Assembly (NCBI GenBank): GCA_046537975.1
Contig: JBKHJR010000003.1
Location: 6,677 to 70,676 of the forward strand
Length of the DNA stretch: 64,000 bases
Direction of reading: 5' to 3'
DNA from: Desulfurivibrionaceae bacterium
GTDB taxonomy: Bacteria > Desulfobacterota > Desulfobulbia > Desulfobulbales > SURF-16
The stretch's first letter is position 1, and every line of letters starts with the position of its first letter. The notes below the pieces were generated by a model that worked only from the letters and a program-made list of their open reading frames with translations, searched no databases and was not told the DNA's origin. Positions 37,817-46,176 of this stretch are shown one piece after another. The position numbers and the translations under genes were made by a program.

Positions 37817-37866
37817 CAATATCTTCGGATTGGTAATTTCCAATTATTTTAAACTGCACCGACTCT

Positions 37867-39162
37867 ATGGACTACTCACTCAATAAGGCCCTGAAATGGC
37901 GGCAAAGCGATCCCGATGAGATCAGGCACCATCAGGACCAGCTCTTACAAGATCATTTCCGGCAGGCCTCCGGGAGTACTTACTATCAGGAATTGTTCAG
38001 GAAGCTGACTCTGGATCCGGCTGAGATCACCCTGTCTGATCTGGATCAGGTCCCCCTTACTTCCAGACAGGACCTGGAGGAAAACCCCGGAGCTTTTACC
38101 GCGGTTTCAGAAGAGGCACAGGTGGATATGGCCCTGACCTCCGGGACCACCGGCAGCCCCGTCCCCGTGCCCTATACCGCCTCGGACCTGACCAGACTCG
38201 CCTTCAACGAAGAACTCTGTTTCCGGGGAGCGGGTCTCAAGGCAAGTGACCGGATTCTGCTCTGTGTCACCCTGGACAAGAATTTTATCGCCGGCCTGGC
38301 CTATTACAGCGGCGCAGTCCGCCTGGGGGCCTCGGTCATCCGCAGCGGCCCGGGACAGCCGGCCAGGCAATGGGAGATCATAAGACAACTCCGCCCTAAC
38401 GTAATAGTAGGAGTTCCATCCTTTCTGCTGAATCTGGCCCAATGGGGAGGAAAGGAAGGCCTGAAACCCGAGCAGGCCGGCATAAAATCCCTGATCACCA
38501 TCGGAGAACCCATCAGACAGCCTGATTACAGCTTTACCCCCCTGGGCCGGCAGCTTTCCGATATCTGGCAGGCCCGGCTTTTTTCATCCTACGGAGCAAC
38601 GGAACTGGAAACCGCCTGCTGTGAATGCCCGGCCGGCAAAGGCGGCCATATTCATCCCGAATTGATGATCGCCGAAATAATAGATGACCAAGGCAATAAA
38701 CTGCCGGCAGGTGAACCGGGAGAACTGGTTATAACCACCCTGGGAGTTGAAGGTTTTCCCTTGATCAGATTCAAAACAGGTGATATAGCAACCATCGAGG
38801 ATGCTCCCTGTGAGTGCGGCTGGAGAACATCCAGGCTGGGGCCTCTTCAGGGACGTCTGGCCCAGCGCCTGAAATACAAGGGAACCACCCTGTACCCGGA
38901 AATGATTTACTACCTTCTTCAGGATATCGAAGGAATAAAGGCCTACTACCTGGAAGTCCGGTCCTCTTATGATCTCTCCGATGACATCACCGTGACAGTA
39001 GGAGGAGATGATCCCTCCCTGTCGGCGGACAGAATTGCAGATCTTCTCCAGGCCGGTCTCCGGGTCCGGCCGCCGGTGAAAATAAAGGAAACCGAAGAGG
39101 TTCTGGCCATGATGAATCAGGGAAGCGGCAGCAAGACAAAACGTTTTTTTGATTACAGGTGA
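37867..39162 (+). CDS. PaaK / coenzyme F390 synthetase-like adenylate-forming enzyme
   Basis: 431 aa. AMP-binding motif TSGTTGSPVPVPYT and YGATE. Confidence 0.8.
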   Translation: MDYSLNKALKWRQSDPDEIRHHQDQLLQDHFRQASGSTYYQELFRKLTLDPAEITLSDLDQVPLTSRQDLEENPGAFTAVSEEAQVDMALTSGTTGSPVPVPYTASDLTRLAFNEELCFRGAGLKASDRILLCVTLDKNFIAGLAYYSGAVRLGASVIRSGPGQPARQWEIIRQLRPNVIVGVPSFLLNLAQWGGKEGLKPEQAGIKSLITIGEPIRQPDYSFTPLGRQLSDIWQARLFSSYGATELETACCECPAGKGGHIHPELMIAEIIDDQGNKLPAGEPGELVITTLGVEGFPLIRFKTGDIATIEDAPCECGWRTSRLGPLQGRLAQRLKYKGTTLYPEMIYYLLQDIEGIKAYYLEVRSSYDLSDDITVTVGGDDPSLSADRIADLLQAGLRVRPPVKIKETEEVLAMMNQGSGSKTKRFFDYR

Positions 39163-39268
39163 CATACCCACCTGGTTTCAGGTGTTATAGATAAAGTGAT
39201 CGGCACTTATCCATTCAAGCCAATTAAGTTGTGTCCGGTTTTGCCGGGCGAATCCATAAGGTTTTAAG

Positions 39269-40324
39269 ATGAAATGTTTTGGTGAACACTGGGGACTGGA
39301 ATTCAGTCCGGAAGAAATTGCCGCAGCCAGGGCGGAAAACGGTCTGTTATCCATGGAACTGGAGCTCTCCAGGGCCTGCAACCTGCGCTGCATTTACTGC
39401 TACGCCTCTTCCGGACTCCCCCTGGACCAGGAACTGAGCCTGGAAGAGATATACAATGTCGTGGACCAGGCGGTTGACCTCGGGGCCCAAAAAATCATTA
39501 TCCTGGGAGGCGGTGAACCCCTGCTTTACAGCGACCTGTTTGCGGTAATTGATTACCTTAAAAGCAAAGAGGTGACTGTCGACCTCTTCACCAACGGCAC
39601 ACTGATAACCGAAAAGACCGCGACCATGCTTTTTGAGCGCGGGGTCTCGGTGGTGGTCAAGTTGAACAGCCTGAATCCGGAGATCCAGGACCACCTGGCC
39701 GGTAAACCGGGAACCTCTGAAGAAATCATGACCGGTCTGAATCTCCTCCGGGAGGCCGGTTATCCTGATGCCCAACATCCCCTGGGCATTGAGACCGTAA
39801 TCTGCCGGCAGAACTACGACGAACTGCCGGACCTCTGGGCCTGGGCCCGCCGCCGGGGGATTATCCCCTATATGGAGATGATGACCATGCAGGGCAGAGC
39901 CACTAAGCACCCTGAACTGGAAGTCGAATCCGGAAAAGTCAGAGAGATGTTTGAACGCTTGTCCGAACTGGACCGGAAGGAATTTGACCACCACTGGTCC
40001 CCCCACCCCCCTCTGGCTGGTTCCCAGTGCGCCCGCCACGAGTACTCCTGCACAGTTACTGCCAACGGAGAAATATATCCCTGTCCGGGTGTAAGTGTGG
40101 CCGCGGGAAATATAAGGCAGTCCAGGCTGGCCGACATCCTGAAAAACGGAACACCTTTTATCCACTTAAGAGACATACGCCGAAATATCAAAGGGCGTTG
40201 CGCCAGATGCAGTTTAAGCCGGGTCTGTTACGGCTGCCGGGGCCATGCCTATCAGGTTACCGGAGATTACCTGGCGGAAGACCCCTTATGCTGGTTTTCC
40301 GAAGAAGAGTTGACCGGAAAATGA
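39269..40324 (+). CDS. radical SAM enzyme with C-terminal SPASM domain
   Basis: 351 aa. CxxxCxxC (RACNLRCIYC). SPASM pattern CTVTANGEIYPC (CX5GX4C), then CARCSLSRVCYGC and a final Cys (PLCW). Confidence 0.85.
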   Translation: MKCFGEHWGLEFSPEEIAAARAENGLLSMELELSRACNLRCIYCYASSGLPLDQELSLEEIYNVVDQAVDLGAQKIIILGGGEPLLYSDLFAVIDYLKSKEVTVDLFTNGTLITEKTATMLFERGVSVVVKLNSLNPEIQDHLAGKPGTSEEIMTGLNLLREAGYPDAQHPLGIETVICRQNYDELPDLWAWARRRGIIPYMEMMTMQGRATKHPELEVESGKVREMFERLSELDRKEFDHHWSPHPPLAGSQCARHEYSCTVTANGEIYPCPGVSVAAGNIRQSRLADILKNGTPFIHLRDIRRNIKGRCARCSLSRVCYGCRGHAYQVTGDYLAEDPLCWFSEEELTGK

Positions 40325-41616
40325 AGGTGCTGCTGATAAATCCGCCCAACTGCGGCCGGAGTATACCGGAAGAAAAATACGGCATCGACTCCCTGAAACA
40401 GATCTTCCGGGGCGAACCCCTGGCCCTGGAAGAACTGGCCGGCAACCTTCCGGCTCACGAGGTCAAAATTGTTGATCTCAAGGCGGACTCCCGGGACCTG
40501 TCGGAGGTTCTGGACTCTTTCCCCCCGGATATAGCCGGAATTACCGGGGTGACCTGCGAAGCCAACACCATGCTTAAGCTGGCCGGACAGGTGAAGGAGA
40601 CCTGCGGTTCAGTCGTGGTGGTGGGAGGAATCCACGCCAGCTGCGACCCCTGTTTTTTTAACCGGCCCCCGGTGGACTACATCGTCACCGGCCTGGGTAA
40701 AAAGACCTTTGCCGAACTGGCTGCCGCCTTAAAAGAGGGAAGGACAACCACCAATATCCCCGGAGTCGCCGCAGTTACCCCGGGCCGGGAACCGTACTTC
40801 CCGCCCCACCCTTGCAGCCCGGCGGACCTAAGGGATGACCGGCCCCCGGCCTATGACCTGGTCAAGGATTACCGGCAACACTACTATCTGCCCAAACTGG
40901 CTATGAATATGGGTTTCGTGAGCACGGCCTTCGGCTGTCCCTTCAACTGCTCCTTCTGCTGCCTGGGAGCCCAGACCGGGGGCAGATACCTGACCAGATC
41001 CGGGGAGGCGGTTGTCCGGGACATAGAGCTATTGGAGGATATTCCGGTCATAAGGCTCCTGGATGCCAACACCTTTGCCGATCCGGAGCACAGCCTCAAC
41101 CTGTGCACAGCCCTGCAGGAAGCAGGAATAAAAAGACAGTATCTGGCAGACGCCCGCTCCGATTCGGTGGTCAACAACCCGGATCTTTTCCGGCAATGGC
41201 ATGAAGCAGGCCTGCGGGCGGTAATCATCGGCTTTGAGGAAATCGACGATCTGCGCCTTAAGGCCATGAACAAGGCCAATAAGACGGCGGTCAACAACCA
41301 GGCTATTGACATCCTCCACCATACAGGGCTTACTATTGTCGGCGACTTTATTATTTCCCCGGAATACCGGGATGAAGATTTTGACCGTCTTCAAGAATAT
41401 ATAGAAACCAAAAAAATCGACCTGCCCATGGTGACGGTCATGACCCCCCTGCCCGGCACCAGACTTTATCAGGAAGAAAAAGACAGGATCAGCAACCACG
41501 ATCTGGACTACTACACCCTGACCAATGCCGTGCTCCCCACCGGGATGCCGGAAAAAAGGTTCTACCGGAGGTATGCCGATCTGCTCAGGGAAACCCATGC
41601 CGCAGCCCGGGTGTAA
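40321..41616 (+). CDS. B12-binding-domain radical SAM enzyme (class B) #3
   Basis: ATG at 40321 (MKVLLINPP) overlaps the SPASM gene stop (ATGA). B12-type domain (DIAGITGVT...VVVVGGIH) and CxxxCxxC (FGCPFNCSFC). The ORF-track start at 40027 lies inside the previous gene. Confidence 0.85.
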   Translation: MKVLLINPPNCGRSIPEEKYGIDSLKQIFRGEPLALEELAGNLPAHEVKIVDLKADSRDLSEVLDSFPPDIAGITGVTCEANTMLKLAGQVKETCGSVVVVGGIHASCDPCFFNRPPVDYIVTGLGKKTFAELAAALKEGRTTTNIPGVAAVTPGREPYFPPHPCSPADLRDDRPPAYDLVKDYRQHYYLPKLAMNMGFVSTAFGCPFNCSFCCLGAQTGGRYLTRSGEAVVRDIELLEDIPVIRLLDANTFADPEHSLNLCTALQEAGIKRQYLADARSDSVVNNPDLFRQWHEAGLRAVIIGFEEIDDLRLKAMNKANKTAVNNQAIDILHHTGLTIVGDFIISPEYRDEDFDRLQEYIETKKIDLPMVTVMTPLPGTRLYQEEKDRISNHDLDYYTLTNAVLPTGMPEKRFYRRYADLLRETHAAARV

Positions 41617-41644
41617 AGACAAACAAGAACTATTCAGCACCACG

Positions 41645-42799
41645 ATGAACAATGTCTATATAACAGATATCGCCGCCTTCCTGCCCAATAAGCCGGTAAA
41701 TAATGACGACATCGAAAAACTCCTGGGCTTAGGCAACTCCCTGCCCTCCCGGACCAAAAAGATAATCCTTAAAAATAACGGCATAGAAACCAGGCATTAT
41801 GCCATTGATCCGGAAACCAGGGAACTAACCCACACCAACGCCCAACTCGCCGCGGAAGCGGTAGCCAAGCTCAAGCCCTATGCCAATTTCAGCCCGGAGG
41901 ATATCTCCTGCCTGTGCTGCGGCTCTTCCACTCCGGATCAGTTCATGCCCGGTCATGCCTCCATGGTCCATGGCGAATTAAAGGGTTCAAGCTGTGAAAT
42001 CGTCAGCACCGCAGGTGTCTGCCTCTCCGGAATAACCGCCCTCAAGTACGCCTATCTGAACGTGGGAGCCGGACTCACTCCCAATGCCGTGGCCACAGGC
42101 TCGGAACTGGCATCTTCTTATCTCCGGGCCGAATTCCTGGAAAAGGGACCGGACCGGGAAAAAATAGACAAACTGGAGCAAAAGCCGGCCTTGAGTTTTG
42201 AGGCCGACTTCCTGCGCTGGATGCTCTCGGACGGAGCAGGAGCCGCTTTCCTTGGTACAGAACCCCGACCGGACGGGAAAAGCCTCAGAATAGACTGGAT
42301 CGACATTGTCTCCCATGCCCACCGCTATGAACCCTGTATGTATGCCGGAGCCAACAAAGACAAAAACGGCGAGCTCAGAGGCTGGCGGGAGTGCGACTCC
42401 CTCCCCGAAGCCCTGAACCGGGAATTCTTCCCCATAAAACAGGATGCCAGGCTCTTAAACCGCCGGATTCTGACCGCAGTGGTGGATGAAAGCCTGCCCG
42501 GAATAATCAAGGCCCGCAACCTGGAGCCGGACAATATATCCTGGTTCCTGCCCCACTACTCCTCGGAATACTTCCGCATTCCGGTCTTTAATCACCTGAC
42601 GGAAATAGGTTTCACCATTCCCTTGGAGCGCTGGTTTACCAATCTGGCCACCAAAGGCAATACCGGCTCCGCCTCCATCTACATAATCATGGAAGAGCTC
42701 ATGAAAACAGGCCGCCTCAGCCGGGGAGAAACCCTCCTCTGTTTCATTCCGGAAAGCGGCAGGTTCTCCACAGCCTATATGCACCTTACGGTGGTTTAA
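41645..42799 (+). CDS. KAS III-like (FabH/DarB-like) condensing enzyme
   Basis: 384 aa from MNNVYITD. Cys in STAGVCLSG, His in LPHYSS, Asn in GNTGSASI (C-H-N triad). Longer than canonical FabH. Confidence 0.8.
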   Translation: MNNVYITDIAAFLPNKPVNNDDIEKLLGLGNSLPSRTKKIILKNNGIETRHYAIDPETRELTHTNAQLAAEAVAKLKPYANFSPEDISCLCCGSSTPDQFMPGHASMVHGELKGSSCEIVSTAGVCLSGITALKYAYLNVGAGLTPNAVATGSELASSYLRAEFLEKGPDREKIDKLEQKPALSFEADFLRWMLSDGAGAAFLGTEPRPDGKSLRIDWIDIVSHAHRYEPCMYAGANKDKNGELRGWRECDSLPEALNREFFPIKQDARLLNRRILTAVVDESLPGIIKARNLEPDNISWFLPHYSSEYFRIPVFNHLTEIGFTIPLERWFTNLATKGNTGSASIYIIMEELMKTGRLSRGETLLCFIPESGRFSTAYMHLTVV

Positions 42800-43178
42800 G
42801 GCCCTGTAAAAGCCGGATAATGGCAGGGCTGATATCACAAAAAAGGCCAGATGTATTCTAAACATCAATAATTATCGCCGGAAAGACCCTGATATTAAAA
42901 AGTTATCCTGAACAAGGGGAATGGGAAAAGAATTATATTTTTTATAGTCAAAAATTTGTGCTATACTGGAAGGTATATTTTTTGCACCGTTTTCAAATGA
43001 AGATGGGGAAGTAATCTCTTCAGGATGAACTTTGTTCGCCTCTTTCTTATACCAAGACAGACTCTATCAGATCTTTTTTGGGTGCAAAATTTCGAATCAG
43101 GTCGGGATCTGATGTAAACTTATTTGAGGACCGTAAAGAAAAATAATTTCATTTCCAGGCAAAAGTGAGGCTGGATTC

Positions 43179-44558
43179 ATGAAAAGATTCTTGAAATTGA
43201 CCCTGGAAGAGAAAATGGTCCTGGGGAATCTGCCGATTATTCTGGTGATTGTCTTAATCGCGGCCGTTTCCTTACAAGGGATCCAGGAACTCGACAAAAT
43301 TAACAAAGATATACTCGAAAACGATACTGTCCTGCAGCAGGTCACCGACAGGATGGCTGACAACCTCCTGGCCCAGGAGGCTTATGGCCGCCGCTCTCTC
43401 ATTCTGCAGAGCCGGGAGATGCGGGAGATGTTTCATCAGAGGGGAGAAGATTTCAAGGCCCTTGTCAAGCGGCTCCATGATCTGCCGGACAAACAGAATA
43501 TACCTGTTGCCCAGCTTGCCTCTCTGCATGACGAATTCCAGGCACTCTACAAGAATAAATTTTCCAGAGAAGAACCGCTTTCCCCCGGCCAGGCCGAAGA
43601 AGTCGATCAGGTCATGACCGAAAAGCTCGACAGCATCCTGGCTCTTATCCGGAAAATGGAGACTAAGGCGACAGAAAACAAGAGTGACAAGATGCTCTTG
43701 TTCGGAAATACCAGTCTCAGAATCTTCCGTACCACTATCCTTCTCTCCGGGCTCGGCCTGCTTATCGGCCTGGCTGCCATCGTCACCATAACCAGGAGCG
43801 CCAGCCGCTCAATCCGCCAATTAAAGCAGGCCACCGAGGAAATATCCCAGGGCAGATTCACTCATTTGACGGAAATTTCTTCAGATGATGAACTGGGTAA
43901 GCTGGCCAAGTCCTTCAACACCATGGCGGGACGGCTGGGGCGCCTGGAAGAAATGTATATAGATTCCAATCCGTTGACCAGATTACCCGGTGGGGTGACT
44001 ATCGAAAATGTTCTGCAAAATAAACTGGAATCGGGTAAATATCTTGCCTTTTGCATGTTGGATCTGGACAACTTCAAATCCTATAATGACAGCTACGGCT
44101 ATGCCAAAGGAAACGAAATTATCAGGGCTACTGCCAATATTATCGTTGCGGCAGTGGATAGGCACGGGTCCAAAGATAATTTTGTCGGTCATATCGGCGG
44201 AGACGACTTTGCCATTATAGTCAAGCTTTCACAGTATAAATCCATCTGTGAAGCCATCATCCGGGACTTCAACCAGATGGTTCCGACCTTTTACAGCACC
44301 CGGGACAGGAGAAAAGGATACATCATCGGCCATACCCGGCAGGGCGTGGAAGTACACATTCCATTGATGTCCATTTCCATTGCCGTGGTTACCAATGAGT
44401 ATAAAAAAGACATGAGTCATATTGAAGTATCGGAAATTGCAGCGGAACTTAAAGAACACGCCAAATCTCAACCAGGCAGCGTCTATTTGAAGAACCAGAG
44501 GGGTGAGGTAACCGGGGATACCGACAACCACCTTTTTACTCCCCGGGTAGTTAAGTAG
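43179..44558 (+). CDS. membrane HAMP-domain protein with variant GGDEF-like domain (GGDDF)
   Basis: 459 aa. One N-terminal TM helix, a periplasmic/coiled region, a second TM helix and HAMP (SDDELGKLAKSFNTMAGRL). The GGDEF-like domain has LTRLPGG, LDLDNFKSYNDSYGYAKGNEII and HIGGDDFAII. Confidence 0.75.
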   Translation: MKRFLKLTLEEKMVLGNLPIILVIVLIAAVSLQGIQELDKINKDILENDTVLQQVTDRMADNLLAQEAYGRRSLILQSREMREMFHQRGEDFKALVKRLHDLPDKQNIPVAQLASLHDEFQALYKNKFSREEPLSPGQAEEVDQVMTEKLDSILALIRKMETKATENKSDKMLLFGNTSLRIFRTTILLSGLGLLIGLAAIVTITRSASRSIRQLKQATEEISQGRFTHLTEISSDDELGKLAKSFNTMAGRLGRLEEMYIDSNPLTRLPGGVTIENVLQNKLESGKYLAFCMLDLDNFKSYNDSYGYAKGNEIIRATANIIVAAVDRHGSKDNFVGHIGGDDFAIIVKLSQYKSICEAIIRDFNQMVPTFYSTRDRRKGYIIGHTRQGVEVHIPLMSISIAVVTNEYKKDMSHIEVSEIAAELKEHAKSQPGSVYLKNQRGEVTGDTDNHLFTPRVVK

Positions 44559-44589
44559 TCTACTCTACTCAAGAAAACATTTACCCAAA

Positions 44590-45183
44590 ATGCGTCTTTC
44601 CCTCAGAGAAATATTTCTTCTGGCCTGTATTGTTTTTTCCACTTTCGGGTGTGCGCAGCAACATCTCTTCTGTGATATTCCGGAACATTATCTGGCAATG
44701 CCGGCTGATCAGATCAAGGAGGAAATTTCCCTTCTGGAAAAAAGAATTGCCGCAGGTCCGGGCAGTAGCACCCAGGAGAAGTTACTCCCTGAAGATTATT
44801 ACAACCTGGCCCTTCTCTACTCTCATCATAACAACGCCTCCCCTGATTACAGCAAGGCACTCAAGGCCCTTGACCGCTACACCCGGAATATACCGCCGCA
44901 CAGGAAAGAGTATGACGTTATCTATCTGGAGAATCTCCTGAAGGATCTGGAAGGCTTAGTCCAGATCAAAAAAGGATACGTCCAGCTTCAAGGGGAACAC
45001 ATCGAACTTGAAGAAAATTATGCCGAGCTGCGCCGGCTGTTGGATGAACTGATTCAAGAGTATGATAACCTGATGCAGGAGCATGGCAACCTGATTCAGG
45101 AGCACCGGGACACCAAAGAAACCCTCGAGCAGCTCAAGAGGCTCGATATATGGCTGGAACAGAAAAAGCGGGAAATCAAGTAG
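44590..45183 (+). CDS. hypothetical lipoprotein with C-terminal coiled-coil repeats
   Basis: 197 aa. Lipobox FSTFGC. C-terminal repeats LIQEYDNLMQEHGNLIQEH. Confidence 0.55.
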   Translation: MRLSLREIFLLACIVFSTFGCAQQHLFCDIPEHYLAMPADQIKEEISLLEKRIAAGPGSSTQEKLLPEDYYNLALLYSHHNNASPDYSKALKALDRYTRNIPPHRKEYDVIYLENLLKDLEGLVQIKKGYVQLQGEHIELEENYAELRRLLDELIQEYDNLMQEHGNLIQEHRDTKETLEQLKRLDIWLEQKKREIK

Positions 45184-45228
45184 TAGACGTGGTCATCCCG
45201 CAATCAGAGATGGTATCTCCTAAATTGA

Positions 45229-45472
45229 GACCACCTGATCCCGACAAGCCGGCTAAACAAAGGGCCCATATTTTCAGATACTGAGATAAAAGAGAATCAT
45301 GTCCAATAATTCACCGGAACTTTAAGTTTCAATCTTCGGTACAGGATTCCGGCATGATACTATCACCGTGGAAGTCATATCTCTCTCGGGGACGCGGAGC
45401 AAAGTTTTTGACTTTTTAACCTTGCCCCTTGTCTCTTGGACCTGATTTTCCCCTTGCCCCTGTCTCCTTGAC
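45229..45472 (-). repeat. dispersed intergenic repeat family, copy E (core 45229-45320, ~95-bp insertion, degenerate heptamer tract 45419-45472)
   Basis: GACCACCTGATCCCGACAAGCCGGCTAAACAAAGGGCCCATATTTTCAGATACTGAGATAAAAGAGAATCATGTCCAATAATTCACCGGAAC. Later CCTTGCCCCTTGTCTCTTGG...CCCCTTGCCCCTGTCTCCTTGACC. Confidence 0.8.
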
Positions 45473-45506
45473 CATGGACTTATTCTTTCAGGGCAATCGA
45501 TCTTTA

Positions 45507-45743
45507 TTATTGCTGCATCTCCTCTCCGGCGTCCTCAATACTTTCACCGGTTTTGTCAATGGTTTCATCCACTTCCTCACCGGTGTCCTCCATCATTTCC
45601 CGGGTCTTATCCTGGGTCTTTTCGATTGATTCATCAACTTTTTCCCCGGTTTTTTCCGCAGGTCCCTCCTGGTCGCAGGCAGTAAAGCAGGCAATAAGTA
45701 ATAATCCGCCCAACAACGAAATGACTTTTTTCCATGTCTTCAT
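45507..45743 (-). CDS. small acidic repeat lipoprotein
   Basis: ATG at 45743 (MKTWKKVISLLGGLLLIACFTAC) with a GAGGAA RBS. The mature part consists of acidic repeats (GEKVDESIEKT, GEEVDETIDKT, GESIEDAGEE). Confidence 0.6.
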   Translation of the reverse strand: MKTWKKVISLLGGLLLIACFTACDQEGPAEKTGEKVDESIEKTQDKTREMMEDTGEEVDETIDKTGESIEDAGEEMQQ

Positions 45744-45839
45744 GATCCGGTTCCTCTTTTTTTTATTTTCTATCAATTTGGTGGTTATATAAATTATTAT
45801 ACAACAAAAGTTACGGCAGTAAAATCAATAACGGGATAT

Positions 45840-46097
45840 CTAACCTGAAGCCCTAATAAACTCAGCCAGGCTGGAAAGGCTGGCCAGAACCTGGCGGCTG
45901 TTTTCCTCTGAGCCTATGTGGACATTGTACATTTTCTGAACCGCCACCACAATTTCCACGGCATCCAGGGAATCTATTCCCAGGGGGGATTCGGGTCCGA
46001 TCAGGGGGGCATCCAGGTCATAATCTTCCGGAACCTCCCCCGGCAGGTTGCAGATTTCATATATCATCTCCAGGAGTACCCTCTCCAGTTTTTCCAT
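45840..46097 (-). CDS. acyl carrier protein #3
   Basis: 85 aa, LGIDSLDAVEIVV phosphopantetheine site. Confidence 0.85.
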   Translation of the reverse strand: MEKLERVLLEMIYEICNLPGEVPEDYDLDAPLIGPESPLGIDSLDAVEIVVAVQKMYNVHIGSEENSRQVLASLSSLAEFIRASG

Positions 46098-46176
46098 GCT
46101 TCAGACCTCAACGGACTTTGATTTTCGCCGCCCCGTTATCGGGGCTTAAACAACCAATTTTAAGAACTTATCCCTC

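Noticed and set aside
39347-40165. 272-aa minus-strand ORF
   Set aside because: It is antisense to the SPASM radical SAM gene, and the plus strand carries the CxxxCxxC and SPASM cysteine patterns. The same reasoning applies to 41029-41652(-), 26952-27707(-), 13641-14264(+) and 22173-22811(-).
40027-40320. N-terminal extension of the B12-rSAM ORF given in the track (start 40027)
   Set aside because: The extension lies inside the SPASM gene in another frame and is Arg/Pro-rich. ATG at 40321 (MKVLLINPP) gives a typical class-B rSAM N-terminus and an ATGA overlap.
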